From a virus (taxonomy: Duplodnaviria; Caudoviricetes): a DNA stretch of 64,000 nucleotides. The DNA is taken from the IMG/VR virus record IMGVR_UViG_3300031555_002578. The stretch is one strand, 5' to 3'. The position numbers were made by a program, and so were the translations under genes. The notes beneath the pieces are model-generated. The model ran no database searches. It had not been told where the DNA came from and saw only the letters and a list, made by a program, of their open reading frames with translations. Below are positions 19,313 to 28,713 of this stretch, one piece after another (the first letter of the stretch is position 1; the number at the start of each line of letters is the position of its first letter).

Positions 19313-19846
19313 TCACTCTCCAATTACTTCAATCTGACAACACTTCATTACATTTAGAGCATTTTTATGATTTTCTGGTGTAGTACCTGCACAACAAGAA
19401 GCATCTACTTTAATTATGTATTCAGGGTAAAATGCCTTAATAAGCATTGCATTAGAAATTACACAAATATCTGTACAAAGACCAATAAGTTCAATTTCAT
19501 AATTAGATGTAGGGTCTGCAACATAATCAATGGCACTTGCAATATCTTTTGCCCCAAAAGTTTCTTTAGTTACAAATGTAAATCTTTTATCTCCAATAGC
19601 ATCAAATACATCTTTATTAATTTCCCAACCTTTACTCATTTTGATGCAATGTGTTACAGGAAGTTTTTTACCTTCTTGTGTTTTAAGATAATTTTCTTCA
19701 TGTGTATCTAAAGTACAAATAATATGTCCATCAAATTCTTCAATTTTCTTAATTACATTAGGAATAATATCAATGGCTTCTGGAGAACCCAGAGAGCCAT
19801 CAATAAAGTCATTTTGCATATCTACAACAATAAGGATTTTGTTCAT
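19313..19846 (-). CDS. pncA: nicotinamidase (isochorismatase family)
   Basis: VVDMQNDF, DTH, HC, K.TFG, GLCTDICV. Confidence 0.85.
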   Translation of the reverse strand: MNKILIVVDMQNDFIDGSLGSPEAIDIIPNVIKKIEEFDGHIICTLDTHEENYLKTQEGKKLPVTHCIKMSKGWEINKDVFDAIGDKRFTFVTKETFGAKDIASAIDYVADPTSNYEIELIGLCTDICVISNAMLIKAFYPEYIIKVDASCCAGTTPENHKNALNVMKCCQIEVIGE

Positions 19847-19861
19847 TTAATATCATCCTCC

Positions 19862-20098
19862 TTATTCAGATTTCATTTTTTTCATTTTGTTGTCCATTTT
19901 TTCTTTTGCAACTCTATTGTTCAGTTTATCCATAATGCTATCCCACTGAGCAACTTCTGTTTTGTGAGAACGGTTTTTACGCTTTCTGTTAAATTTTTCT
20001 TCATAGTATTCCTGTGTACCTTCTTCAAAAGGATTAGGTTTATATGTATAAGTTTTACCAGATGCTTTTCTTTTGTTCATTTTTTCTTCTCTTGTCAT
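19862..20098 (-). CDS. basic hypothetical protein
   Basis: RBS aaaggag precedes the internal ATG (MTREEK). Confidence 0.5.
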   Translation of the reverse strand: MTREEKMNKRKASGKTYTYKPNPFEEGTQEYYEEKFNRKRKNRSHKTEVAQWDSIMDKLNNRVAKEKMDNKMKKMKSE

Positions 20099-20111
20099 AA
20101 TTTTTTCTCCT

Positions 20112-20528
20112 TTAAAATGTAAAATGTTCATTAATATAATGAATTAACTTTTTAATATCTACACTTAATTCTTCGATTTTTATAGGATGTTTGCTCCACC
20201 CAATAACAGTTTGTTTATCTACCCATTTTAAATCTATTCTTATTGTAAATTCATTGTCTTTAGGAATATTTTCCCCTAACCAAAAATTTTTATTATCGTC
20301 ATCGTTTTCATAAAAGTTATCTTGAATATAGAAAAATAAACACAAACAACATTCTTCATTATCTTTAATAACTCTCATATATCTTCCGTGGCTTTTAAAT
20401 ATTTGACCCTCAAAATTTTGATTATATGCTTCATTAACTTCTACTTTTAATGCGTCAATTTCATTATTGATTGCAACCATTTGATTTTCTAATTGTTTAA
20501 TTCTTTTTATTTTTTCATAATTGTTCAT
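20112..20528 (-). CDS. hypothetical protein
   Basis: RBS aggtga; N-terminal coiled coil. Confidence 0.5.
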   Translation of the reverse strand: MNNYEKIKRIKQLENQMVAINNEIDALKVEVNEAYNQNFEGQIFKSHGRYMRVIKDNEECCLCLFFYIQDNFYENDDDNKNFWLGENIPKDNEFTIRIDLKWVDKQTVIGWSKHPIKIEELSVDIKKLIHYINEHFTF

Positions 20529-20539
20529 TTTTTATCACC

Positions 20540-21292
20540 TTATGCTAATTGAATAATATCATTATAGATAAATCTAACTTTACCTTTATCTTTATCATAA
20601 TGAAAGTGACCAGAATAAATTTTTTCACAATCTATAATTTCTTCAACTTTATTTAAAAAGTTCTCTGTGCTTCTATCTACTGTTGATTGGTCAATATTAG
20701 GCAAGAATACTTCTGTTGGTTCATATTTTAAAGGTGTTGTATGAAATACTGCATAGTCAAATTCGTGTTCAATTTCTTTGTGAACACTATAATCCCAACT
20801 ATTTCTGTCATGTTTAAGCATTAACAAATATAAATCCATATCTGCTTCAATAATTTGCTCTGATTTAAACCATTTATATCCCATCATTTGTCTATAGTGT
20901 TTATCAACAGAATAAGCACCGCCAATAAACAAAAAACGCTTATTATTAAGTGATACAATACGAAAATCATCTAAAAATAGCAAATTGGGGAATTCTGGTT
21001 CTGCCCATGCAATAATATTGTTACTTCCTACTTTATAAGTGTCATGAATATATCCTTTACAATTCCACGCACGTTCTTCATGGTTGCCATGTAGTATCAC
21101 TAAAGTGATAGGAAGTTTAGATAATTTCTTTTTAACTTTTTTATCACTAGAATCAAGATAATAATTAATTCCTGCATCTCCTGCAACAATCATGATATCG
21201 TCTGTTGTTGTTTCATTATTTTCACAAAAGTCAAATATTTTATCAAACCAACGATGACAGTCTCCAGTAATATATATTTTACTTTTTCTCAT
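20540..21292 (-). CDS. calcineurin-like metallophosphoesterase
   Basis: GDCH, GDAG, GNHE, GGA.S.D, H, GHFH. Confidence 0.85.
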   Translation of the reverse strand: MRKSKIYITGDCHRWFDKIFDFCENNETTTDDIMIVAGDAGINYYLDSSDKKVKKKLSKLPITLVILHGNHEERAWNCKGYIHDTYKVGSNNIIAWAEPEFPNLLFLDDFRIVSLNNKRFLFIGGAYSVDKHYRQMMGYKWFKSEQIIEADMDLYLLMLKHDRNSWDYSVHKEIEHEFDYAVFHTTPLKYEPTEVFLPNIDQSTVDRSTENFLNKVEEIIDCEKIYSGHFHYDKDKGKVRFIYNDIIQLA

Positions 21293-22598
21293 TAATTTCT
21301 CCCATTAAATATGCTTCTTCAATATAATCTCTGTTATCATAAATTGGATTTGTATGCCATTCCCAAGGAATTTCAACACATACCATACCTCTTTCATTGA
21401 TTTGATTTTTATATTTATAATCGTCTTTTAATTTAAGTTTTTGTTTAAAAACAGAATAATCAACATAATGATGCCATCTATTAAATTTCCAAACGACTTT
21501 TGCAACGTCTGGATGCATTTCTTCTAGCATCTTAGATTTAGGTAACGTACCTTCTTCTGCGTAAAATTCTTCTGTGTTGCCACCCTTTTTGGCTTGAGTA
21601 GTTCTTTTTTCACATAAAAATAGATTAAATTGTACTGTACACCATCCATCTTTTAATGCTCTTAGGCTTAAATCAGTATCTTCGTTATATCTTCCTCTCC
21701 ATCTATATGGAATATCATTTCTAATAAATAAACATGAATAAATTCTTGTATTTAAAACAAATGCAGGTCTATCACTGCCACTCGTACAGAATTTAGAATA
21801 ATTTAATCCAGAAATTGCTATATTTTCATATCTTTCAACAAAGTCTTCTAGTGTTTTAAATGCTTGTCCAGAGAATACTCTATATCGTTTACCGTCTTTA
21901 TATCTTTCAAAACCTTCTAAATTATCATCCATTACCCAATGATATTTAAATCCATTTTTAATACTATGCTCCCAACAAAAGTTTCTAACTGCTCCTGCTC
22001 CAACTGAACCAACTTTTCCTGTGTCATTAAAACAATCGTAATTTTCTTTATAAGATAAATCCATTTTTATAATTGTTGTGTATTTTGAAGTAAACTCTTT
22101 TGAGTATTCTTCATATTCTTGAGGTTCTACAACCAGATAATGATTAATACTCATCTCAGCCAATCTATTTGATGTATGTGATTTGCCAAGCCAACTTCGT
22201 CCTTTGCTAATTACATAGATTGGATATTGTGGATTATCTCCTAATATGTATCTTAAATTTCTATGTTCTCCATGAATCAATTTTGGATACCATATGCTTT
22301 TTGTTTTGTCTGTAATTTTTTGTTCAAATATTTCACTCAATTCTTCTGATGATTTATCTGTCCAGAATTCAATACATGCATATTGATAATCTTTATTACG
22401 TTCTCTAAAGTATGGCATATCATCCCAGTGATATTCCCAATAACTTTTAGGATATATTTTTTCGGTTACTTTTTTATTTTTTATATCTTTTGTCTCTAAA
22501 TAGCATTTAGTTGTATTATCATATAAAGTAATTCCAATTTTTTTACCTAATATGTCTAAATCTTCTTGATTTCTAAATCTACAAATAATTTTTCTCAT
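21279..22598 (-). CDS. GREB1/TET-associated-type (TAGT) glycosyltransferase with N-terminal accessory repeats
   Basis: YPIYVISKGR, VEPQE, RNF.W, WVMDDN, RIYSC, YNEDTDLS, KGGNT. Confidence 0.75.
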   Translation of the reverse strand: MRKIICRFRNQEDLDILGKKIGITLYDNTTKCYLETKDIKNKKVTEKIYPKSYWEYHWDDMPYFRERNKDYQYACIEFWTDKSSEELSEIFEQKITDKTKSIWYPKLIHGEHRNLRYILGDNPQYPIYVISKGRSWLGKSHTSNRLAEMSINHYLVVEPQEYEEYSKEFTSKYTTIIKMDLSYKENYDCFNDTGKVGSVGAGAVRNFCWEHSIKNGFKYHWVMDDNLEGFERYKDGKRYRVFSGQAFKTLEDFVERYENIAISGLNYSKFCTSGSDRPAFVLNTRIYSCLFIRNDIPYRWRGRYNEDTDLSLRALKDGWCTVQFNLFLCEKRTTQAKKGGNTEEFYAEEGTLPKSKMLEEMHPDVAKVVWKFNRWHHYVDYSVFKQKLKLKDDYKYKNQINERGMVCVEIPWEWHTNPIYDNRDYIEEAYLMGEINEKK

Positions 22599-22765
22599 TC
22601 AATATCTCTCTCTTTAAACTCTCTCCGTGTTGCTTTATTTAAATATCTTTTAGCCCATTTAGCCCATTTAGATGTAATTCCATAGATACCTCTATGGTCT
22701 AGTCTGTCTTGTATATTTTTTGATTTTCCATTATTTCTTTTGTGTTTCTGTTTTTGATTGTTCAA
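22595..22765 (-). CDS. 56-aa basic protein (TTG start, not in the ORF track)
   Basis: RBS ggtga; stop overlaps the ATG of the glycosyltransferase. Confidence 0.45.
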   Translation of the reverse strand: MNNQKQKHKRNNGKSKNIQDRLDHRGIYGITSKWAKWAKRYLNKATRREFKERDIE

Positions 22766-23012
22766 TTATTTCACCATCTTTATCCTTCATAACATCATTT
22801 AACCATCTAGTTAATACGGCATGACAAAATTGTTTACTCATGTATTCACTATCAAAATCCCACTCTTGCTTTACTGTATCATAGTAAAAAATTAGTTCTC
22901 CAAATCCTAAATTAGCAGTCCATTTTAATCTAAATACGATGTGGTCAGGAAAAGATGTAGTTGCGTTAAACATTTCTGCTTCAACATCATAAATTTCATA
23001 CTTTTTGTTCAT
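22731..23012 (-). CDS. hypothetical protein
   Basis: RBS ggaggg. Confidence 0.55.
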   Translation of the reverse strand: MNKKYEIYDVEAEMFNATTSFPDHIVFRLKWTANLGFGELIFYYDTVKQEWDFDSEYMSKQFCHAVLTRWLNDVMKDKDGEIIEQSKTETQKK

Positions 23013-23071
23013 TTTTATCCCTCCAATTTGGCAATAAATTAAAAATTGGATATATTTCTAATTTCATATTT

Positions 23072-23212
23072 TTATTCCTTATAAGTATATTCTGTGAAAC
23101 ATAGCATCATAAAAAGTGCAATCCACCATTTGTTAAAATAATATGCAAGGTATGTCCAACAAATAGCCATCACACAATTTTCAATAGCAATGATTAACAT
23201 TGATTTATTCAT
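23072..23212 (-). CDS. 46-aa membrane peptide (not in the ORF track)
   Basis: MNKSMLIIAIENCVMAICWTYLAYYFNKWWIALF...; RBS aaggag. Confidence 0.5.
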   Translation of the reverse strand: MNKSMLIIAIENCVMAICWTYLAYYFNKWWIALFMMLCFTEYTYKE

Positions 23213-23431
23213 TTATTTATTCTCCTTAGATTTTCCTGCTTCAATCCATTTGTTAAATTCTTTATTGCATACAGGGCAAAGGTCTATTTTGTGATTTACA
23301 TTACCACATACAACTTCTTCATTTGATTTTTGATAATGCAATAATACGAATCTTCCGTAATATCCTCTTTCTATATATTTTGGTTCAAAATCATTCCCAC
23401 ATCTATCGCATTGATAAGTAAATGTTTTCAT
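23213..23431 (-). CDS. zinc-finger protein
   Basis: CDRCG...DLCPVC. Confidence 0.6.
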   Translation of the reverse strand: MKTFTYQCDRCGNDFEPKYIERGYYGRFVLLHYQKSNEEVVCGNVNHKIDLCPVCNKEFNKWIEAGKSKENK

Positions 23432-23560
23432 TTATCCTCCTTTGGTAGTTCACCAATTTTTACTACTTCTTCAGTTTGTGTGTCTTTTATTAAGATATTA
23501 TTTCTGTGAAATATTAATTGAAGTTTATCTTCAATTATTTCTTTTTTAAGCATTACAATA

Positions 23561-23872
23561 TCAATCATTTTTATTCACCCTCATTCTTGCACCACAGTTA
23601 GGACAGTAGTTTCGATATTTAGTGCCTATTTCTGCATCCTCATGACATACAGAACAAGTACCATAATTTTCATAGTGGTATGTTCCACCTTTCCCCCAAC
23701 CTCTCCACTCACCATGCTTCACAGTTTCTACTTCAAGGGTGGGCTGTTGTTCAATGAATTTCGCAAAAGATTCATATTCTTTTACATCCATATAATGTTG
23801 TTTACGAAATTCTATAATTGATAATATTTCTTTTAACATTTCATCCGCATCAATCGGTCTTGCCATCGTCAA
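23561..23872 (-). CDS. zinc-ribbon protein (HGxW...CxxC...YCPNCGAxM family)
   Basis: Motif seen directly in the translation. Confidence 0.65.
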   Translation of the reverse strand: MTMARPIDADEMLKEILSIIEFRKQHYMDVKEYESFAKFIEQQPTLEVETVKHGEWRGWGKGGTYHYENYGTCSVCHEDAEIGTKYRNYCPNCGARMRVNKND

Positions 23873-24249
23873 TCCCTCACTTTATTAGTCCAAACATAAT
23901 CAACAAATTTATCCCAGTTCATACTTAATTGATGGAAAATATCAATTTTCAAACTACAATCTAATGATACTTGTGTTTTGTAGTTAAATTTTTCATTTGC
24001 AATTCTATCTGCTTCGTCTTTACTGATGCATGGAGGGAAAGATGTAATGACAATTTCGTGTTCTGCTTTGCACCAGAAGTAGTACATTGTTGTAACACGA
24101 AGTTCTTCAGAGAATTCGTGATATCTCATATTCGTTCTCTGCATTCTTTTAACATCATTAAAAAATCTACTGTGTTTAAACACATTAAAAACATATATTC
24201 CTTTTTTGTTAATGTCATATCTGAATACATTCCAAGTTAAATCATTCAT
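23869..24249 (-). CDS. conserved phage hypothetical protein
   Basis: YYFWCKAEHE, KIDIF.Q..MNWD.F. Confidence 0.55.
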   Translation of the reverse strand: MNDLTWNVFRYDINKKGIYVFNVFKHSRFFNDVKRMQRTNMRYHEFSEELRVTTMYYFWCKAEHEIVITSFPPCISKDEADRIANEKFNYKTQVSLDCSLKIDIFHQLSMNWDKFVDYVWTNKVRD

Positions 24250-24250
24250 T

Positions 24251-24538
24251 TTATTTCTCCTTTAATTCATCCATAACACTTCCACACTCAGGACAAAATT
24301 TTAATTTATCACTTATACTTTGCTTAAATCCACAAATAGAACAGATGCCATACATAAACATAGGATTTGGTTCAATCTCTGGATATGCGTTAATCCAATG
24401 ACCGTGTTTAGCATAGTCTGTAAATGATTGTCTTTCAATCCAAATAATTAAATCATCAAATGTTATTTTCCCTGTTTGATAGTGCCATATTTTAATTTTT
24501 AGTTCATCAATGTTAATTATCTTTGACATATATATCAC
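24251..24538 (-). CDS. zinc-ribbon protein (same family)
   Basis: HGHW...CSICG...FCPECG.VM. Confidence 0.65.
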   Translation of the reverse strand: MIYMSKIINIDELKIKIWHYQTGKITFDDLIIWIERQSFTDYAKHGHWINAYPEIEPNPMFMYGICSICGFKQSISDKLKFCPECGSVMDELKEK

Positions 24539-24884
24539 CTCTCATATCTGTGCCACAGTTGGGGCAAAAATTCCATTCAGTATATTCACCATGAATATAA
24601 AACCAATCTTCATCATAAGATTTTCCACAATTTGAGCAGAAATAAGATGAGCCACAATCATCATCATTTCCATGTAACTCCCATTTGCCATATTTTTTAT
24701 TATCAATTGTTTGTGTGTTATGTACTGTTTTTCTAGCCCATTCTATAGTTGGAAGAATTGTTTTAATATAATTTTTTTCTTCTTCATCAATATCTTCTAA
24801 AAGTTCTCTTAATCTTTTACTTTCATATAAAAAAAATTTTTCTAATGCTTCTAAATCACCTAGTCTCATTATCAACACCTGCAT
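24513..24884 (-). CDS. zinc-ribbon protein (same family)
   Basis: YGKW...CSNCG...FCPNCG.DM. Confidence 0.65.
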   Translation of the reverse strand: MQVLIMRLGDLEALEKFFLYESKRLRELLEDIDEEEKNYIKTILPTIEWARKTVHNTQTIDNKKYGKWELHGNDDDCGSSYFCSNCGKSYDEDWFYIHGEYTEWNFCPNCGTDMRGDIYVKDN

Positions 24885-25182
24885 TCATTTTGCTACCACA
24901 CATGGGGCAATACTTAAAAAATTTGTCTTCTATTAAAGTTATCCAACCACATTCAGAGCAACAAATAATATTAGGAATTTTATATTCATCCCAATGCCCA
25001 TGTCTCATAATTATTTCTTTATGACCTGTTTTTGGAATAACATAATATTCATCATATAATTCTTTGACTTGTTTTGTTGTCCATTCATTTACAAAAGGTA
25101 AATCATCCCAAGAATCAATTAAGTCATATTCTAATTCTTCAAATGTTAAAGCATCTTTTAAATTTATATATCTGTCAATCAT
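24856..25182 (-). CDS. zinc-ribbon protein (same family)
   Basis: HGHW...CSECG...YCPMCG.KM. Confidence 0.65.
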   Translation of the reverse strand: MIDRYINLKDALTFEELEYDLIDSWDDLPFVNEWTTKQVKELYDEYYVIPKTGHKEIIMRHGHWDEYKIPNIICCSECGWITLIEDKFFKYCPMCGSKMNAGVDNETR

Positions 25183-25573
25183 TTTTATCTACTGGTTTAT
25201 TCCAACATTCATTGCAGTAATAATTTATTGTTTCTGGAATATGTATGCATCCTAATCCATATTCTTTATATCCCAAATCTCTTACACAAATAGTTGGGTT
25301 ATTGTCTCCTTTCTTATTGGCATTAGGGAATTTTTTAAAGTAGTCCATTTTTCTTGTAAAAACAGGATTCTCTTTTGCCCATTCATAAACATATTTAACT
25401 GCAATTTCTGGGTATAATAATTGAAATGCATCACAATCATGTTTTGTACCATTTTTTGTTCTACCTAATACGCAATCATTACAATCAATGGCACAATTAT
25501 CAGTAAGTCTTGACCTTTCTTTTAAATATTCTATTGCTGTCATTTGTCTGTGCATTCTTCTTCCTCCAACCAA
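25175..25573 (-). CDS. Cys-rich hypothetical protein
   Basis: CxxxCxxC...C and C-terminal CxxCWN. Confidence 0.55.
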   Translation of the reverse strand: MVGGRRMHRQMTAIEYLKERSRLTDNCAIDCNDCVLGRTKNGTKHDCDAFQLLYPEIAVKYVYEWAKENPVFTRKMDYFKKFPNANKKGDNNPTICVRDLGYKEYGLGCIHIPETINYYCNECWNKPVDKND

Positions 25574-25689
25574 TCAAAAACAATATTCGCTAAATCTTCT
25601 ACGGCATTATCAACACCCCAGTCAAGTCTGGCGTTTTCTTCAATTAAAAAATCTCTAATCCAACTTTCTAATTTTTTTCTATTTCTCAT
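25540..25689 (-). CDS. hypothetical protein
   Basis: RBS gaggtga precedes the internal ATG (MRNRKK). Confidence 0.45.
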   Translation of the reverse strand: MRNRKKLESWIRDFLIEENARLDWGVDNAVEDLANIVFDWLEEEECTDK

Positions 25690-25740
25690 TTTTATCACCT
25701 CTTTATATAATTCGATTTCTAAAATATTTTTGAACATAAA

Positions 25741-25770
25741 AATAAGAGTGGGAATGAACCCACCCTTATT
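25741..25770 (-). terminator. terminator after nrdG
   Basis: aataagagtggg...cccacccttatt imperfect stem with U tract on the - strand. Confidence 0.6.
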
Positions 25771-25772
25771 AG

Positions 25773-26315
25773 TTATTCTTCAAAAAGAACAATGGAATTA
25801 TAATATAGTGTTTTTTGAACATCAATTAGTCTTTGATTTGAAGAACCTCTAAATGCAAGAGTAATATCTCTCTGTTGATGAACATACTGACCGTCCACGA
25901 CAACATCAATATATTTCAGAATGCCATTTCTTAAATCTCTTACAATATTAACATCACTTGTAATTACAGAACCTCTTGGAATCCAAATATCTTCAAAATC
26001 ATATCCTGTATAAAGCCAAATTGTTTTATCTGGATAATTTGTCTTAATAATATCACACAGTTGGTATACATCAAATAAATTTTCTGGATGTAAAGGGTCA
26101 CCGCCACTAAAAGTAACACCATAAATATAAGGTAATTCTAATTGTTCAAGAATTGTATCAATTGTATCTTGAGTAATTTTTTCTCCTTTTGAACAATCCC
26201 AAGATTGTGCATTATGGCAACCTTCACAATGATGTTCACAACCAGAACACCAGATTACAAGGCGAAAACCTTTACCATCTGCAACACTGCATGTTGTCAT
26301 ATCTAACAGTTTCAT
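25773..26315 (-). CDS. nrdG: anaerobic ribonucleotide reductase activase
   Basis: CxxxCxxC radical-SAM motif, SGGDPL, VDG, RGSSNQR. Confidence 0.93.
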   Translation of the reverse strand: MKLLDMTTCSVADGKGFRLVIWCSGCEHHCEGCHNAQSWDCSKGEKITQDTIDTILEQLELPYIYGVTFSGGDPLHPENLFDVYQLCDIIKTNYPDKTIWLYTGYDFEDIWIPRGSVITSDVNIVRDLRNGILKYIDVVVDGQYVHQQRDITLAFRGSSNQRLIDVQKTLYYNSIVLFEE

Positions 26316-28576
26316 TGTACAGACACCCCACTATGTTTTTCTCTCATTTCAACTTCTTTTTGTTTACCATAGTTAAATGCAGTTGTATAATTACCTGTTA
26401 AATATCCTGTTACTCTACGCAATCTTTGAATATTTTTACTACCACATACAGGACAGGTATCATTAATTTCATCACAGAAACCACAATCCATGCATGTGTC
26501 ATTAGGAACATTAATTGCAAAATAAGGGATATCTGCATCCATAGCATAATTTACAAGTGTTTCTAGTGCTTCAATATTATGTTTTACAGAAGATTCAAGT
26601 TCTACATATGTAATACAACCTGCACTAGAATAGCCTGTTAATTGAGATTCAATATCAATTTTTTCAAATGGTGTTAGTTTATGCCATACTGGAACATGCA
26701 TAGAATTTGTGAAATAATCATTTTCAGAAACATTAGGAATTACACCATATTTTTCTTTAAATTTTTTCATTGCTGTATGACACAGATTTTCAGCAGGAGT
26801 ATAATAAACACCAAAATTTAATTTATATTCTTGTTTAAATTCTGCACATCTATCTTTAAATAATTGTTCAATACGTTTTGCTAATTCCATACCTTTTTCT
26901 TCTGTATGGTCACAGCCAATTAAAATTTGAAGTGTTTCTGCAAGACCTAATTGACCAATAACAATTGTGCCATGTTTTAATGCACTTCTAATACCTTCTT
27001 CTGGAACGTAACCTGCCATTAAGTTATTTTCATACATAAATTTTGCAGATTTAGGGTCTTGGCTACAAATCCATTCAAAGCGTTCAATTAACATATCTTT
27101 GGCTTCATGAATTTTCTGGTCAAGAAGTTTCATAAATGCTTCTACAATATTTTCATCATATTCGTGAACAAATTCTTCTTTTGCCATCATAGCCAGTGTT
27201 GGCATAATAATTGTTACAGGACAGATGTTACCTCTACCATCTTTTAACTGACCAAAACCATTAATATCCCAACCATTTGCAGTTCTACAACCCATCGTAC
27301 TAAAATATGTTCTGGGGTCATTAATATCATATCCTGCATTGCCAGACCAATCCACATTTGCATAATTTGGATACAATCTTTGTGCTGTAGATTTTAATGC
27401 AAGTTGATATAAGTCATAGTTGGGGTCTTCTGGATATCTGTTTACACCTTTCATGCACTGGAAAATACCACAAGGGAATACAGATGTTTTATGTAGTTTA
27501 CCAATACCTTCAATAGAAACTTCAAGCAGTGCTTTTGTTACCATTCTACCTTCTGGTAATGTACAAGTACCGTAATTGGTGGATGTGAATGGCAACTGAT
27601 TCCCAGACCTTGATTGAAGTGTATTTAGATTATGGTAAAGACCTTCAACTGCCTGATATGTTTCTTTAATAGTCATATCCATAGCATATTCCCATGCTTC
27701 TGGATGAAGTTCTTTAAATTCTTCATCTTCAAAATGTACAGTTCCATCTTTATGTAAATCATTTTCTATCCATTTATAAAAACGTTGAAGTTTGTATTCA
27801 GACTTTCCTTCACAATATTTCATTCCATCATGAAGATGTTTTGTAAAACTTTTTCTTACATAAGGAATCATTGTCCAATCAATATGTGTTGCTGATACAC
27901 CACCGAATTGTTGCAGAGATTGTAATTGGAAAATTACAGCCACTAATTGAAATGCTGTATTAATAGAATTTGCAGGTCTTACATCTGTTTGTCTTGTATT
28001 AAATCCTTTCGCAAGTAAATCATCAAATGGTATTGACAGGCAATTATGCATACCAATAGCATATGCGTCTAGGTCATGAATATAAATCATATTGCCTAAA
28101 TGATTATCTCTAGCCATTTTAGACATACAATGATTTAATGCAAACTGTTTCATTACAACAGAGTTTGCTTCACCCATTCTTCCCCCAAAAGAGTGTTCGT
28201 CAACATTTGCATTTTGATTCTGGACATTACTTGCCATCAATTTTTCTTTAATGGCTTTCATAAAATCTTCATATTGAGAACGAGCCATTGTTCTAAGGTA
28301 TCTATATTTTACATATGCTCTTGCAACATCTTTTCTATTACTAGCCATTAACTTTTCTTCTACAATATCTTGAATTTGTTCTACTGACATATCTTGCCCT
28401 AGATTTTCAACATGATTAGCAATATCTCTTGCTTTTTCTTTAGAATAAGGAGTTTCTTCGCCATCCACATCAGTAAATGCCTTTAAAACTGCTATTTTGA
28501 TTTTCTCTTTATCAAATTGGACTTTTTGCCCATTTCTTTTAATTACATTCAAAATAGTGTCTCCTTTCACTATCAT
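26312..28576 (-). CDS. nrdD: class III ribonucleoside-triphosphate reductase with ATP cone
   Basis: VIKRNG ATP cone, IHDLD, MGCRT, TPAE, CxxC-CxxC, RRVTGYL glycyl-radical motif. Confidence 0.95.
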   Translation of the reverse strand: MIVKGDTILNVIKRNGQKVQFDKEKIKIAVLKAFTDVDGEETPYSKEKARDIANHVENLGQDMSVEQIQDIVEEKLMASNRKDVARAYVKYRYLRTMARSQYEDFMKAIKEKLMASNVQNQNANVDEHSFGGRMGEANSVVMKQFALNHCMSKMARDNHLGNMIYIHDLDAYAIGMHNCLSIPFDDLLAKGFNTRQTDVRPANSINTAFQLVAVIFQLQSLQQFGGVSATHIDWTMIPYVRKSFTKHLHDGMKYCEGKSEYKLQRFYKWIENDLHKDGTVHFEDEEFKELHPEAWEYAMDMTIKETYQAVEGLYHNLNTLQSRSGNQLPFTSTNYGTCTLPEGRMVTKALLEVSIEGIGKLHKTSVFPCGIFQCMKGVNRYPEDPNYDLYQLALKSTAQRLYPNYANVDWSGNAGYDINDPRTYFSTMGCRTANGWDINGFGQLKDGRGNICPVTIIMPTLAMMAKEEFVHEYDENIVEAFMKLLDQKIHEAKDMLIERFEWICSQDPKSAKFMYENNLMAGYVPEEGIRSALKHGTIVIGQLGLAETLQILIGCDHTEEKGMELAKRIEQLFKDRCAEFKQEYKLNFGVYYTPAENLCHTAMKKFKEKYGVIPNVSENDYFTNSMHVPVWHKLTPFEKIDIESQLTGYSSAGCITYVELESSVKHNIEALETLVNYAMDADIPYFAINVPNDTCMDCGFCDEINDTCPVCGSKNIQRLRRVTGYLTGNYTTAFNYGKQKEVEMREKHSGVSVQ

Positions 28577-28713
28577 TTCATTTCTCTAATTTTTGCCTTT
28601 AAATTTTCTAATTCTCTATATACATCAGATTCAAAATTGTTTACATCTTTTGTAATCATTTCCATTTGTTTAGCACAAATTAAATCAAAAAGAAGTCTCT
28701 TTTCTCTTGCGTT
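28573..28713 (-). CDS. small hypothetical protein
   Basis: MNAREKRLLFDLIC...; likely internal ATG of the longer tracked ORF. Confidence 0.4.
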   Translation of the reverse strand, partial: NAREKRLLFDLICAKQMEMITKDVNNFESDVYRELENLKAKIREMK

